64,000 nucleotides of DNA, taken from positions 2,592,001-2,656,000 of the forward strand of contig OY762825.2 in assembly GCA_963666425.2 (NCBI GenBank), written 5' to 3'. The notes beneath the pieces were generated by a model that worked only from the letters and a program-made list of their open reading frames with translations, was not told the origin of the DNA and did no database searches. Made by a program: the position numbers and the translations under genes. Source of the stretch: Bacillota bacterium (GTDB lineage Bacteria > Bacillota > JAAYKD01). Positions 46,997-56,669 of the stretch are shown in pieces. Position 1 is the stretch's first letter. The number at the start of each line of letters is the position of its first letter.

Positions 46997-48487
46997 ATGC
47001 GATTACAGCAATTAATCCAAGGGCTGCCATACGAGGCAACCGGCAGTACGGCAATCGAAATCAGCGGGCTGACTTCCGATTCCCGTAAGGTGCAGCCTGG
47101 GTTCCTTTTTATGGCTGAACCCGGCTTAACGGTAGACGGACATCATTACCTGGAGCAAGCAAAAGCGGCTGGTGCCGTTGCTTGCTTAGTGGAGCGGCGC
47201 TCAGCCACTGAACTAAGTCAAATCATCGTTCCTTCCACACGAAGTTTGCTGGGCGTATTGGCGGCGCGATTTTATCAGCAGCCGGCGGATCAGCTTCGGA
47301 TGATCGGGATTACCGGGACAAAGGGAAAAACGACGACCGCGTTCCTCTTGGAGTATTTTTTACGTTCCGCCGGCAGAGCAAGCGGTCTGATGGGATCCGT
47401 GCAATTCCGGGTTGGGGAAACGATAGAACAATCCGGGTTTACGACGCTGCCTGCCGTGGAACTGCAGGCGCATCTGGCCAGAGCGGTTGAACTCGGCTGC
47501 AGCCACATGGTGATGGAAGTTTCCTCTCACGCCCTGGCGCAGCGCCGTGTGGGCGGCATTGATTTTGACACAGCAATTTTCACCAATTTTACACATGACC
47601 ATCTTGATTTTCACGGTACAATGGAACAGTATCTGCAGGCAAAAACCATGCTGTTTGGCCGCCTGGGCAATAGCGAATCCGGCAAAAAAGGGCCGAAGCG
47701 AGCGGTGATCAATCTCGACGATCCGGCGGCGGCACAGGTGATCGCCAGCTGTGCCGTACCGTATTATACCTTTGGCCTCGAGGCGGCGGCGCAGGTCCGT
47801 GCCGAAGCGATTGAGCTGAACCCTACGGAAACCAGCTTTCTTTTGACTTGGCCGCAAGGCTCGGCCCGGGTGAAACTGCCGTTAGTGGGCAGATTCAATG
47901 TTTATAATTTCCTGGCGGCTTTTACAGCCGGCTTGGCTGAAGGGCTGGCGGCGGCAGACATGTTGGCTGCTGTGCCTGATTTTACCGGGGTACCGGGCCG
48001 TTTTCAGCAAATCCGCTGCGGACAAACTTTCCCGGTGATTGTTGATTATGCGCATACGGAAGACAGTCTGCGTCAAGTATTGCAGACCGCCCGTGAATTT
48101 ACAAGCGGCCGTTTGTTGTTGGCTTTTGGTTGTACCGGTGACCGTGATCGCAGTAAGCGGCCGGTGATGGGTAAACTGGCTGCGGAACTGGCGGATTTTG
48201 TGATCATTACATCGGATGATCCGCACAGTGAAGATCCGAAAGAGATTATACAGGAAATCTACGCCGGTATTGAACCGTCTTGTCCGACCGTCGAACTGCA
48301 GCCGGATCGCGCGAAAGCGATCGATCGGTTGATCGCGATGGCGAAAGCAGGAGACACAGTCCTGCTCGCCGGCAAAGGGCATGAACGGGTGCAGGTTTTT
48401 AAGGATTATCAGCTGCCGTTTTCTGACGAAATCAAAGCAAGGCAATGCTTGCGGCGATTAGGGTATCTTCAGGGTAAGGAGGTGTAA
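46997..48487 (+). CDS. murE: UDP-MurNAc-tripeptide synthetase MurE
   Basis: DSRKV, GITGTKGKTT, MEVSSH, DHLDFH, VDYAHT, RDRSKR, LAGKGHE; specificity motif DDPH. Confidence 0.93.
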   Translation: MRLQQLIQGLPYEATGSTAIEISGLTSDSRKVQPGFLFMAEPGLTVDGHHYLEQAKAAGAVACLVERRSATELSQIIVPSTRSLLGVLAARFYQQPADQLRMIGITGTKGKTTTAFLLEYFLRSAGRASGLMGSVQFRVGETIEQSGFTTLPAVELQAHLARAVELGCSHMVMEVSSHALAQRRVGGIDFDTAIFTNFTHDHLDFHGTMEQYLQAKTMLFGRLGNSESGKKGPKRAVINLDDPAAAQVIASCAVPYYTFGLEAAAQVRAEAIELNPTETSFLLTWPQGSARVKLPLVGRFNVYNFLAAFTAGLAEGLAAADMLAAVPDFTGVPGRFQQIRCGQTFPVIVDYAHTEDSLRQVLQTAREFTSGRLLLAFGCTGDRDRSKRPVMGKLAAELADFVIITSDDPHSEDPKEIIQEIYAGIEPSCPTVELQPDRAKAIDRLIAMAKAGDTVLLAGKGHERVQVFKDYQLPFSDEIKARQCLRRLGYLQGKEV

Positions 48488-48491
48488 CAGA

Positions 48492-48836
48492 ATGGAGAAT
48501 TGCCTCTTTTGCAGCATCATCCAACATCAAATACCGTCCACCGTCGTTTATGAAGACGAGTTGATGTTGGTGATCAAGGATACCAACCCACAAACTCCCG
48601 TTCATCTGTTGTGTATGCCGAAAGCGCATCTTGCCGGCCTTGACAACATACAGGAAAAGGACGCTGTCCTGATCGGTCATATCATGCTGAAAATCAGTGA
48701 AATCGCAAAACAGCAAGGATTGGCAGCGGATGGCTACCGTGTAATCGCGAACATTGGACAGAATGGCAGACAATCCGTACGTCATTTGCATTTTCATCTG
48801 GTCGGTGGAAGAGAATTATCTGAAACATTGGGATAA
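48492..48836 (+). CDS. Histidine triad (HIT) nucleotide-binding protein
   Basis: CLFC, HLHFHLVGG. Confidence 0.93.
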   Translation: MENCLFCSIIQHQIPSTVVYEDELMLVIKDTNPQTPVHLLCMPKAHLAGLDNIQEKDAVLIGHIMLKISEIAKQQGLAADGYRVIANIGQNGRQSVRHLHFHLVGGRELSETLG

Positions 48837-48840
48837 TGTC

Positions 48841-48869
48841 TTGACGAAACTGTTTTTTTTTTGTATACT
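48841..48869 (+). promoter_or_regulatory. SigA promoter of rpsU
   Basis: TTGACG-N17-TATACT. Confidence 0.75.
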
Positions 48870-48967
48870 GTTTTCACGTGCTGTTTATATCTTTCTGCTT
48901 TTTCCCAAAAACCGTCCAGATTTTTAAAATCCCGGACAATTCATGACAGCGGAGGGAGGGAAATTAT

Positions 48968-49144
48968 ATGGCAGAAATTAAAGTGGGTAAAACCGAAACA
49001 TTAGAAAGTGCACTGCGTCGTTTTAAGCGTCAGTGCCAGCGTTCAGGCATCCTGGCAGAAACCAGAAAGCGGGAACACTATGAAAAGCCCAGCGTGAAAA
49101 GAAAAAAGAAAGCTGAAGCTGCGCGCAAACGCAAGTTCAAATAG
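48968..49144 (+). CDS. rpsU: 30S ribosomal protein bS21 (58 aa, absent from ORF track)
   Basis: [58 protein letters not shown]; SD GGAGG. Confidence 0.97.
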   Translation: MAEIKVGKTETLESALRRFKRQCQRSGILAETRKREHYEKPSVKRKKKAEAARKRKFK

Positions 49145-49159
49145 GCGGGACAGATCATT

Positions 49160-49606
49160 ATGACGATGAAAGAACGGTTGGTTTTCGATATGAAAACGGC
49201 CATGAAGGTTCAGGATAAAGCTGGACTTGCCGTCATTCGCATGATCCGTGCAGCGATCCTACAAGTTGAAAAGGATGAACTCCGTCAACTGTCAGATGAT
49301 GACGTCTATGGTTTGGTAGCAAAAGAGATTAAGCAACGCAGAGATGTGATTGCTGAAGTGATTGCTGTCAGACCGGAATACGCTGCGGGATTAAAAAGTG
49401 AAATTGATCTTCTGTCAGTTTATCTTCCTCAGCAATTGACGGAAGATGAAATCAGAGAATTGGTTGCGCAAGCGGTAAAACAGGCAAATGCAACCGGTCC
49501 CAAAGATACCGGAAAGGTAATGGCCGGATTGATGCCTTTGGTAAAGGGAAAGGCTGACGGAAAACTGGTCAGCCAAATAGTAAAAGAGGTTCTTCTTCCG
49601 AAATAG
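49160..49606 (+). CDS. yqeY: GatB/YqeY domain protein
   Basis: DMKTAMK, KEIKQRRD, YLPQQL, GKADGKLV; follows rpsU. Confidence 0.93.
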   Translation: MTMKERLVFDMKTAMKVQDKAGLAVIRMIRAAILQVEKDELRQLSDDDVYGLVAKEIKQRRDVIAEVIAVRPEYAAGLKSEIDLLSVYLPQQLTEDEIRELVAQAVKQANATGPKDTGKVMAGLMPLVKGKADGKLVSQIVKEVLLPK

Positions 49607-49807
49607 AAGCAACGAAACGTACGTATAGAAGCAGGGATTATTGCCATTCTATTGACAATAGTCCCTGTTTTACTTTCATTCCCGTATGGATTAATTGTAA
49701 AATCACTTGCAGATCAAAAATACATATGCTATACTAGCAGGCATGTGGTTATTGATCAATCATTGACGATAAAGAGAGGAGAGAAGGGTCATTTTGGACC
49801 CGGAAAT

Positions 49808-50206
49808 ATGAAAATTATCGAACGTATTGAAAAGCTAATGCAAGGGAAGCAAATCACTCAAGCTGAATTCTCTCGCCGAATAGGTGTCCCGGTTTCCCGC
49901 GTTGCCAACTGGCGTCGGAAGGGCTCCACACCTTCCGCCGATTTAATCCCCTGTATCGCGCAAGTACTTGGAGTCGATACGCATTATTTACTGACCGGCG
50001 AACAAATTAACGGTAAGAATTTCACCTATGAATTGACTGCCGATGAAGCCGACTTAATCGATGGATACCGAAAGCTGAACCGTACCTGGCAGCGAGTTGC
50101 CATGGGCCAAGTCTATGAATTGGTGGCTGAAACGGAAGAGGAAGAATATTTCAATATCGATGCGGATGAATCAGACGAAGCAAAAGCAACGTCTGAGGAA
50201 GCATAG
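49808..50206 (+). CDS. XRE-family HTH transcriptional regulator
   Basis: ITQAEFSRRIGVPVSRVANWRRKGSTP..IAQVLGVDTHYLLTG; promoter TTGCAG-N17-TATACT at 49707-49735. Confidence 0.85.
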   Translation: MKIIERIEKLMQGKQITQAEFSRRIGVPVSRVANWRRKGSTPSADLIPCIAQVLGVDTHYLLTGEQINGKNFTYELTADEADLIDGYRKLNRTWQRVAMGQVYELVAETEEEEYFNIDADESDEAKATSEEA

Positions 50207-50231
50207 GCATCACTGCTGCCGAAAAGTAAGG

Positions 50232-50273
50232 AAAACCGTTTGCGGTCTCGTTAACGCAGACGGTTTTTGTTTT
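50232..50273 (+). terminator. Terminator after the XRE gene
   Basis: AAAACCGTTTGCG/CGCAGACGGTTTT + T-rich tract. Confidence 0.8.
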
Positions 50274-50357
50274 GCCAAAAAGAGTCAGTTCTGGCAGGAA
50301 ACCTTAAGGCAGCAAGGGCGAGCAGCTGACAGTGCGCCAGACGGCAGCTTGTGTTTG

Positions 50358-50384
50358 GAAGGAATCACCACATTTTTGTCGAAT
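50358..50384 (+). promoter_or_regulatory. SigH-like promoter candidate of the phoH operon
   Basis: GAAGGAATC-N11-GTCGAAT. Confidence 0.55.
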
Positions 50385-50450
50385 AATCAATGTTAGTGAA
50401 AAGCACTGCCAAATAGCGGTTCGCTTTATGGAGTAAGGAGGAATGATTCC

Positions 50451-51449
50451 TTGGCAAATCAGCTGGAGCGCTCGCTGGTTTTACGTGACGGCAAAGAAAC
50501 GATGGCACTTTGCGGATATCACGATGAGTATTTAAAGATCATAGCGGAAACGCTGCAGGTAGAGATTTTCCCCCAAGGAAATCAAATACTGATCCGCGGC
50601 AGCGAAAGCAATGTCCTGCAAACAGAAGCTTTGGTCAAACAATTGCAGACTTTTATTCGGCAAGGCATCGCGATTGGAGCCAGAGAAGTGACATATGGTG
50701 CCAAAAAAGCGGTGACGGATGAATTATCCGAATTGGAAACGCTTTTCAACGATGTGATTTTCCACACCTTACGCGGCAAACAAATCCGTCCTAAAACCAT
50801 GGGACAGAAAATATATATTGATACCATTCGCAAAAACGATATCGTTTTTGGCATCGGTCCGGCGGGAACAGGGAAAACTTATCTCGCGATGGCGGCAGCA
50901 GTGGCGGCCTTGAAAGAAAAACAGGTGCAGCGGCTGATTCTTTGCCGTCCTGCCGTGGAAGCAGGGGAACGTTTGGGTTTTTTACCGGGCGATTTGCAGG
51001 ATAAAGTCGATCCTTATCTGCGCCCGCTTTATGATGCGCTGTATGATATGATTGGTATCGAGAATTTCCAACGCTATCAGGAAAAAGGCATCATTGAAGT
51101 GGCTCCTTTGGCTTATATGCGTGGCCGTACTTTGGATGATGCTTTTATTATCCTGGATGAGGCGCAGAACACAACCCTGGAGCAGATGAAAATGTTTCTG
51201 ACCAGACTTGGCTTTGGCTCCAAGGCTGTGATTACCGGTGATGTGACGCAGGTTGATCTGGCCAAGGGGACAGGCAGCGGTCTTATTTTAGTGCAGGATA
51301 TTTTACGGGACGTTGCAGGAATCGGATTTGTTTACTTAACAGAGCAGGATGTGGTGCGCCATCGCTTAGTACAGAAGGTCATTCGTGCCTTTGAAAACTA
51401 TCAAACGAAATTGTCCACTGCGAAAGCGGGTGAATCAGTTGGCAAATAA
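50451..51449 (+). CDS. phoH: PhoH-family ATPase
   Basis: GPAGTGKTYLA, RPAVEAGERLGFLPGD, LAYMRGRTL, DEAQN. Confidence 0.96.
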   Translation: MANQLERSLVLRDGKETMALCGYHDEYLKIIAETLQVEIFPQGNQILIRGSESNVLQTEALVKQLQTFIRQGIAIGAREVTYGAKKAVTDELSELETLFNDVIFHTLRGKQIRPKTMGQKIYIDTIRKNDIVFGIGPAGTGKTYLAMAAAVAALKEKQVQRLILCRPAVEAGERLGFLPGDLQDKVDPYLRPLYDALYDMIGIENFQRYQEKGIIEVAPLAYMRGRTLDDAFIILDEAQNTTLEQMKMFLTRLGFGSKAVITGDVTQVDLAKGTGSGLILVQDILRDVAGIGFVYLTEQDVVRHRLVQKVIRAFENYQTKLSTAKAGESVGK

Positions 51450-53568
51450 AGAAGAACTGCTCAGCTGGCGCCCTTATAAAGGCAGTTTCAAAATGACGAC
51501 GAAAATCACGAGAGTCATCGTTGCTTTGTGCAGCTGGCTGGCAATCGTGATCATCATCTCACCGCAGATCCTGCCGCAGGCTGTGAACTTGCAGCTCGGT
51601 CAACCCAGTGCCGTGGATCTTGTCGCCTCCCGCACCATCGTGGACCGATTAAGCACACAAGCGCTGCAAGAGGAAGCAATAGCAGCGGTGCCAACCATCT
51701 GGGAAGTGACGACTTCCGTAAAATCCAGCAGTATTAACCGCTTGAATGTCTTCCTTCAGACGATTCGAACCGTCAACAGCCTGCCGCTTTCCGGAAATCA
51801 AACCAGATTGTCACTGCTGAAAGAACGTCTCGATGCTGCCTACACTCAAATTCCCGATGATAACCTACAGAACTTACTGCTGCTGAACGATACCGAGCTC
51901 ACGGAACAAGCGCAGATTTTACTCAATGTCATTTCTGAAATTTATGACCGCGGTGTGAAAGAAGCCGATCTCAATGAGGCAAAAAAGCAAGGCAGGGCAA
52001 AGTTAACCGAGCTGCTTCCCAACGCTGCTGATTTACCGATTTGGCAGAGCTTATTGGAATTGAACCTTCATATCAATGTGGTGCCGAATCTGGAAGCGAC
52101 CCGGAGCGCGCAGCAGGCAGCAAAGGATAAAGTGGAAGCAATCGTTATTTTGAAAGGACAAAGCATTATCCGGAAAGGTCAGTTGGTGGATGAACACCAA
52201 TGGGCGATTCTTTCTGATTTGGGTATGCTCGATGCGGATATCGACTGGCTGATGGTAGCCGGCAGCGCCGGTTTTGTCTTGCTGTTGTCTGTCATTTATG
52301 GAATTGCGCTGTATCTGAATTTCCGGGCTGTTTTTGATCAGCCCAGGTTGATTTTAGTGATCGGTTTGGTCATGGTTCTGACGCTCTTGATTGGCAGGGC
52401 AGTAATAGAAATCCTGCCGTCTGTGCTGATTCCGATCCCGGCAGCGGTTTTAATCCTTGCTGTTTTGTTCAATGACCGTTTGGCTCTGCTCAGCGGGATT
52501 TTCCTGAGTATCCTGGCGGCGTTGATGGCAGATATGGATTTTACCGTTTTAGTCACTTTTTTACTGACCAGTTGGGTCACTGTGCTCGGTTCCAACCGGA
52601 TCCGCCAGCGTACCGAGCTGATCTATATTGGAGCCTGGGTCGGTTTGGCCGGCTTTCTTTCCATAGGTTTTATGCGAATTCTGCTTTCCGGCGTAAGCCT
52701 GGAGCAAATCGTTTATGCGCTTTGGGGAGCGGCGATCGGCGTGATCACCGGTATCTTAGCTTTGGGCTTGCTGCCGTTTTTCGAGATGGGTTTTCGTATT
52801 TTAACCCCATTGAAACTGTTGGAGCTGGCCAATTCCAACCATCCTCTGTTGAAACGCTTGCTGATGGAAGCGCCTGGGACCTACCAGCACAGCATGATGG
52901 TAGCGAATTTAGCGGAAGGCGCCGCAGAAGCAATCGGTGCCGATGCGTTGTTGGCGCGGGCAGGCGCTTATTTCCATGATGTTGGGAAAATCCGACGGCC
53001 GATGTATTTCGTCGAGAACCAATCGCATTGGGATAATCCCCATAATGGTCTGCCGCCGCAGCTCTCGGCTGCCATCTTGATTTCTCATATTAAAGAAGGT
53101 TTGGAATTGGGTCGGGAATATAAATTACCGATCGAATTAATGGAGTTTATTGCTACCCATCAAGGCAATATGACGGCCGGACATTTTTATAACTTGGCCA
53201 AAGAGCAGGCGGGGGAAGCGCTGCCGCCCAAAGCGGAGGATTTTTCCTATCCTGGTCCGATTCCGGTCAGCAAAGAAGCGGCGATCCTGATGCTGGCAGA
53301 CTGCTGTGAAGCGGCGGTCCGCTCCATTCCCGATTCAACACCGGAGAAAATTACAGAGATGGTGCAGAAACTAATCAAAGTGCGGGTCAGCAGCGGACAG
53401 CTCAGCGACTGCGCCTTGAGTCTGCATGAAATCAATCAGGTGGAAAATGTCCTGATCAGCCGCTTGATCAGTATGTATCACAAGCGCATTCAATATAAAA
53501 CACTACCGGAACAATTGGAACCAACGGAAGAGCGTCAAGCGTCAAATTCGAAAGCAGAAAACAAATAG
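51439..53568 (+). CDS. pgpH: 7TM-HD cyclic-di-AMP phosphodiesterase PgpH-like
   Basis: Extracellular domain, TM bundle, EAPGTYQHS, YFHDVGK, LMLADCCEAAVRS; start TTG 51439 or ATG 51493. Confidence 0.88.
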   Translation: MANKEELLSWRPYKGSFKMTTKITRVIVALCSWLAIVIIISPQILPQAVNLQLGQPSAVDLVASRTIVDRLSTQALQEEAIAAVPTIWEVTTSVKSSSINRLNVFLQTIRTVNSLPLSGNQTRLSLLKERLDAAYTQIPDDNLQNLLLLNDTELTEQAQILLNVISEIYDRGVKEADLNEAKKQGRAKLTELLPNAADLPIWQSLLELNLHINVVPNLEATRSAQQAAKDKVEAIVILKGQSIIRKGQLVDEHQWAILSDLGMLDADIDWLMVAGSAGFVLLLSVIYGIALYLNFRAVFDQPRLILVIGLVMVLTLLIGRAVIEILPSVLIPIPAAVLILAVLFNDRLALLSGIFLSILAALMADMDFTVLVTFLLTSWVTVLGSNRIRQRTELIYIGAWVGLAGFLSIGFMRILLSGVSLEQIVYALWGAAIGVITGILALGLLPFFEMGFRILTPLKLLELANSNHPLLKRLLMEAPGTYQHSMMVANLAEGAAEAIGADALLARAGAYFHDVGKIRRPMYFVENQSHWDNPHNGLPPQLSAAILISHIKEGLELGREYKLPIELMEFIATHQGNMTAGHFYNLAKEQAGEALPPKAEDFSYPGPIPVSKEAAILMLADCCEAAVRSIPDSTPEKITEMVQKLIKVRVSSGQLSDCALSLHEINQVENVLISRLISMYHKRIQYKTLPEQLEPTEERQASNSKAENK

Positions 53569-53633
53569 CCTGCCGCAAGAAGGCCGCACTTTGCTGACGA
53601 TTTCCGGATATCAGAAGAAAAGAGTGGAATAAG

Positions 53634-54119
53634 ATGATCTATATTGAAAACCAACAGGAAGAAATCGTCATTGCGGATGCTATGTTTGAGCTGCTGAAAA
53701 AAACCTTAGAAGCCGGCTTAAAAAATGAAGCGGTAACAGAAGAAGTGGAATTATCGTTGGTTTTGGTTGATAAAGCGGAAATTCAAGCGCTCAACGCCGA
53801 ATACCGCGGCTTGAATCAACCGACCGATGTTTTATCCTTTGCTGCTGAAGAAGGATCAGATGAGTTTATATTACCCGAAGAACTGCCTTTTCGTCTGCTG
53901 GGAGATATTGTGATTGCGGTGGCCGTCGCAGCGGAGCAAGCCGAAACCTACGGACATTCCTTCGAACGCGAGATGGCCTTCCTGGCGCTGCATGGTTTGC
54001 TGCACCTATTGGGTTATGAGCATGGTCATGAAGAAAATGATGCCGATCTGGCCGAAATGGTCAAACATCAGGAAATGGTTCTGCATCAATTGGGTTTGGA
54101 ACGCAGCGCGAACGATTAA
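53634..54119 (+). CDS. ybeY: rRNA maturation factor YbeY
   Basis: LNAEYR, PTDVLSF, LGDIVI, HGLLHLLGYEH. Confidence 0.95.
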   Translation: MIYIENQQEEIVIADAMFELLKKTLEAGLKNEAVTEEVELSLVLVDKAEIQALNAEYRGLNQPTDVLSFAAEEGSDEFILPEELPFRLLGDIVIAVAVAAEQAETYGHSFEREMAFLALHGLLHLLGYEHGHEENDADLAEMVKHQEMVLHQLGLERSAND

Positions 54120-54169
54120 AAGCAGAAGTAGTGTTGCGAGAGAAGAAGAAGAAGAGAAAACCGTGAGGA

Positions 54170-55084
54170 ATGAATAAAATGAATCAAGAACAAGAATACC
54201 GTTCCGGCTTTGTCAGCTTGATCGGACGACCCAATGTGGGCAAATCAACGCTGATGAATAATTTAATGGGTGAGAAATTATCCATTGTCTCAGACAAACC
54301 GCAAACGACGCGCAACCGAATCCAGTGTATCCTCTCAACTGACCAGGGTCAGGTAGTCTTTTTGGATACGCCGGGAATTCATAAGCCGCAGCATCGCTTG
54401 GGGGAACGCATGAATCATTATGCCACAGACACTCTTTCTGAAGTGGATTTGATTCTTTATGTAGTGGAAGCCAGCAGCCCCACACCGGGCGCCGGAGATC
54501 AGCGGATCCAGCAATTGCTGGCAGACAGCAAGACCCCGGTCATTTTGGTGCTGAATAAAATCGATTTAGCTGCTCCTGAAGACGATATTGCGCAAATGCT
54601 GCGGGTTTATGGCAAAGGATTGCCGGTCATTCGTTCTTTTGCTTTATCGGCCTTGCAAGAAGAACAAACGCAGGCTTTGACAGAAGCGATTTTTGCGGCT
54701 TTACCGATCGGTCCGCAGTATTATCCCGAGGATATGATCATCGATCAGCCGGAGCGATTTTTGGCGGCGGAGATCATCCGGGAAAAAGCACTGCTTTTAA
54801 CCAGAGATGAAGTCCCGCACGCGATCGCCGTGGAAATTGACAGTATGAAAGAAAAAGATGAGATGGTCGTGATCGAAGCCAATATTTTCGTGGAACGGGA
54901 GTCGCAGAAGGGGATTATCATTGGCGCCAAAGGGGAGATGCTGAAACAAATCGGCACTCTGGCCAGAAAAGATTTGGAAGCGCTGCTGGGCTGCAAAGTG
55001 TATTTGACTCTCTGGGCGAAAGCGCGCAAAGACTGGCGTGACAATGAAGCTTCTTTAAAGCAGTTTGGTTATTCGAAGCGATAG
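54170..55084 (+). CDS. era: GTPase Era
   Basis: GRPNVGKSTL, QTTR, DTPG, NKID, KH domain GIIIG. Confidence 0.97.
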   Translation: MNKMNQEQEYRSGFVSLIGRPNVGKSTLMNNLMGEKLSIVSDKPQTTRNRIQCILSTDQGQVVFLDTPGIHKPQHRLGERMNHYATDTLSEVDLILYVVEASSPTPGAGDQRIQQLLADSKTPVILVLNKIDLAAPEDDIAQMLRVYGKGLPVIRSFALSALQEEQTQALTEAIFAALPIGPQYYPEDMIIDQPERFLAAEIIREKALLLTRDEVPHAIAVEIDSMKEKDEMVVIEANIFVERESQKGIIIGAKGEMLKQIGTLARKDLEALLGCKVYLTLWAKARKDWRDNEASLKQFGYSKR

Positions 55085-55094
55085 AGGAGTATCA

Positions 55095-55853
55095 ATGGGC
55101 AGTTATACAACACAGGCAATTGTTTTGAATTCCAAGTCATTTGGTGAGGCGGACCGGATTCTGACTCTGCTGACCTATGAAAGAGGAAAAGTGCGGGCGG
55201 TGGCCCGCGGTGCACGCAGGCCCCGCAACCGTTTGGCTGCGGTGATCCAGCCGATCAGTCATGTCGAAGTGCAGATCACCGAAGGCAATCAGCTGGATAC
55301 CCTGAATCAAGGTCAGCTCATCAATACTTATCGATTTTTAAAAGAAGATTTGGATAAACTCTCTTATGCAACCTATCTGGCGGAACTCTTTGAAAAAGCA
55401 ACGGAGGGTGCCACCGAATTGCGTGACTATTTTATTCTATTGTTGACTGCTTTGGAGATCGTACAGAACTTTGAGAATTTAAAGCTGACTCGTTTTTTTA
55501 TTGAGGCGAAGCTTATTGTTTTGCAGGGATATGCTCCTTCCTTGTCGAATTGTTCTCATTGTAATCGCGATATGAAAAATGCAAAAGCGGAACAGCAGGT
55601 CCTCTACGCACCGGAAAGCGGCGGTCTCTACTGCCCACAGTGTTTTCCGGGCGGTCTTTCTGTCAAACTGACCCTGCGGGATATTCGTTTTTGGCAGGAA
55701 TTGATGAAACAGGATCCCCGTTGGCTGATCGCACAACAGCCTGATCCGGTGATGCTGGCAACGGTCGGCGAAGCACTTGCTGCCGCTTTGACTTCGATTT
55801 TCGGCGCATTACCCAAATCCGCATCCTTCTTGCAGACTTTGTCCGAATTATAA
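55095..55853 (+). CDS. recO: DNA repair protein RecO
   Basis: GEADRILTLLT..GKVRAVARGAR, C-terminal Cys pairs. Confidence 0.92.
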   Translation: MGSYTTQAIVLNSKSFGEADRILTLLTYERGKVRAVARGARRPRNRLAAVIQPISHVEVQITEGNQLDTLNQGQLINTYRFLKEDLDKLSYATYLAELFEKATEGATELRDYFILLLTALEIVQNFENLKLTRFFIEAKLIVLQGYAPSLSNCSHCNRDMKNAKAEQQVLYAPESGGLYCPQCFPGGLSVKLTLRDIRFWQELMKQDPRWLIAQQPDPVMLATVGEALAAALTSIFGALPKSASFLQTLSEL

Positions 55854-55926
55854 ACCGCGAAGGCGGTGAAAATGACGACTGTGGCTGCAGGACGATGATA
55901 AAAAAATGAAGGGGAGGTTATTCGTC

Positions 55927-56496
55927 ATGGAAGAAATGAACAAACAGGAAATCACATTGGAGAAAATTGATCTGGTGCGTGAACGGATGAATATCAGCTA
56001 TAAAGAGGCCCGGGAAGCACTGGATGCCAGCAATGGGGATTTAGTCGGAGCGCTCGTCCATCTGGAAGAAAAGAAAAAAGTAAAAAGAACGGTCCGGGTG
56101 GAAAAACAAACCGCAGCAGCCGACCAATGGAAGGAAGAAGTTGTTACCCGCGGCAGTGATGTGATTGATAAAATCAAAGCATTGCTGGCAGAAGGCAATG
56201 CGAGCAAGATTCGCATCAAACAGGGTGATAAAGTCATTCTGGAAATTCCGGTTACTTTAGGTACCGCCGGCGTGATTTTATTGCCGCAATTGGCTGCCAT
56301 CGGCGCAATTGCCGCGCTCTTTGCCCAGGTGACCATTGAAGTGGAACGTCCAAAGAAAAATACCGAATCCTACACCGATGAACAATCTGCAGAGAAGATG
56401 ACCGAAGCAGAAATGAATAGCGTGCTGGAGGAAGAACCCTGCACCTGTGGCTGCAAAGAAGAAGCGGCTTGCCCCGAAGAAAAGAAGCCTGAATAG
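55927..56496 (+). CDS. DUF4342 protein with N-terminal UBA-like domain
   Basis: IDLVRERMNISYKEAREAL..GDLVGALVHLE; IKALLAEGNASKIRIK..LEIPVTLG. Confidence 0.8.
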   Translation: MEEMNKQEITLEKIDLVRERMNISYKEAREALDASNGDLVGALVHLEEKKKVKRTVRVEKQTAAADQWKEEVVTRGSDVIDKIKALLAEGNASKIRIKQGDKVILEIPVTLGTAGVILLPQLAAIGAIAALFAQVTIEVERPKKNTESYTDEQSAEKMTEAEMNSVLEEEPCTCGCKEEAACPEEKKPE

Positions 56497-56507
56497 TCAT
56501 CGCATTG

Positions 56508-56538
56508 ACAAAAGGCAGACGCACCGTCTGCCTTTTGT
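56508..56538 (+). terminator. Terminator-like hairpin after the DUF4342 gene
   Basis: ACAAAAGGCAGACG/CGTCTGCCTTTTGT. Confidence 0.7.
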
Positions 56539-56669
56539 GATGTACTGGAAAGATATTCTAAGGGATTAAAACGATTATACTTACAATGGAATAGCACAAT
56601 GAAGAAGGATTTTCGCAATGTGATGTTAAATAGAAAGATATAACGTGCAGGATAAAGGAGAGGTGTGCT

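Noticed and set aside
49652-50206. XRE gene as a prophage or ICE remnant
   Set aside because: No integrase, divergent cro-like ORF, att repeat or other phage gene nearby.
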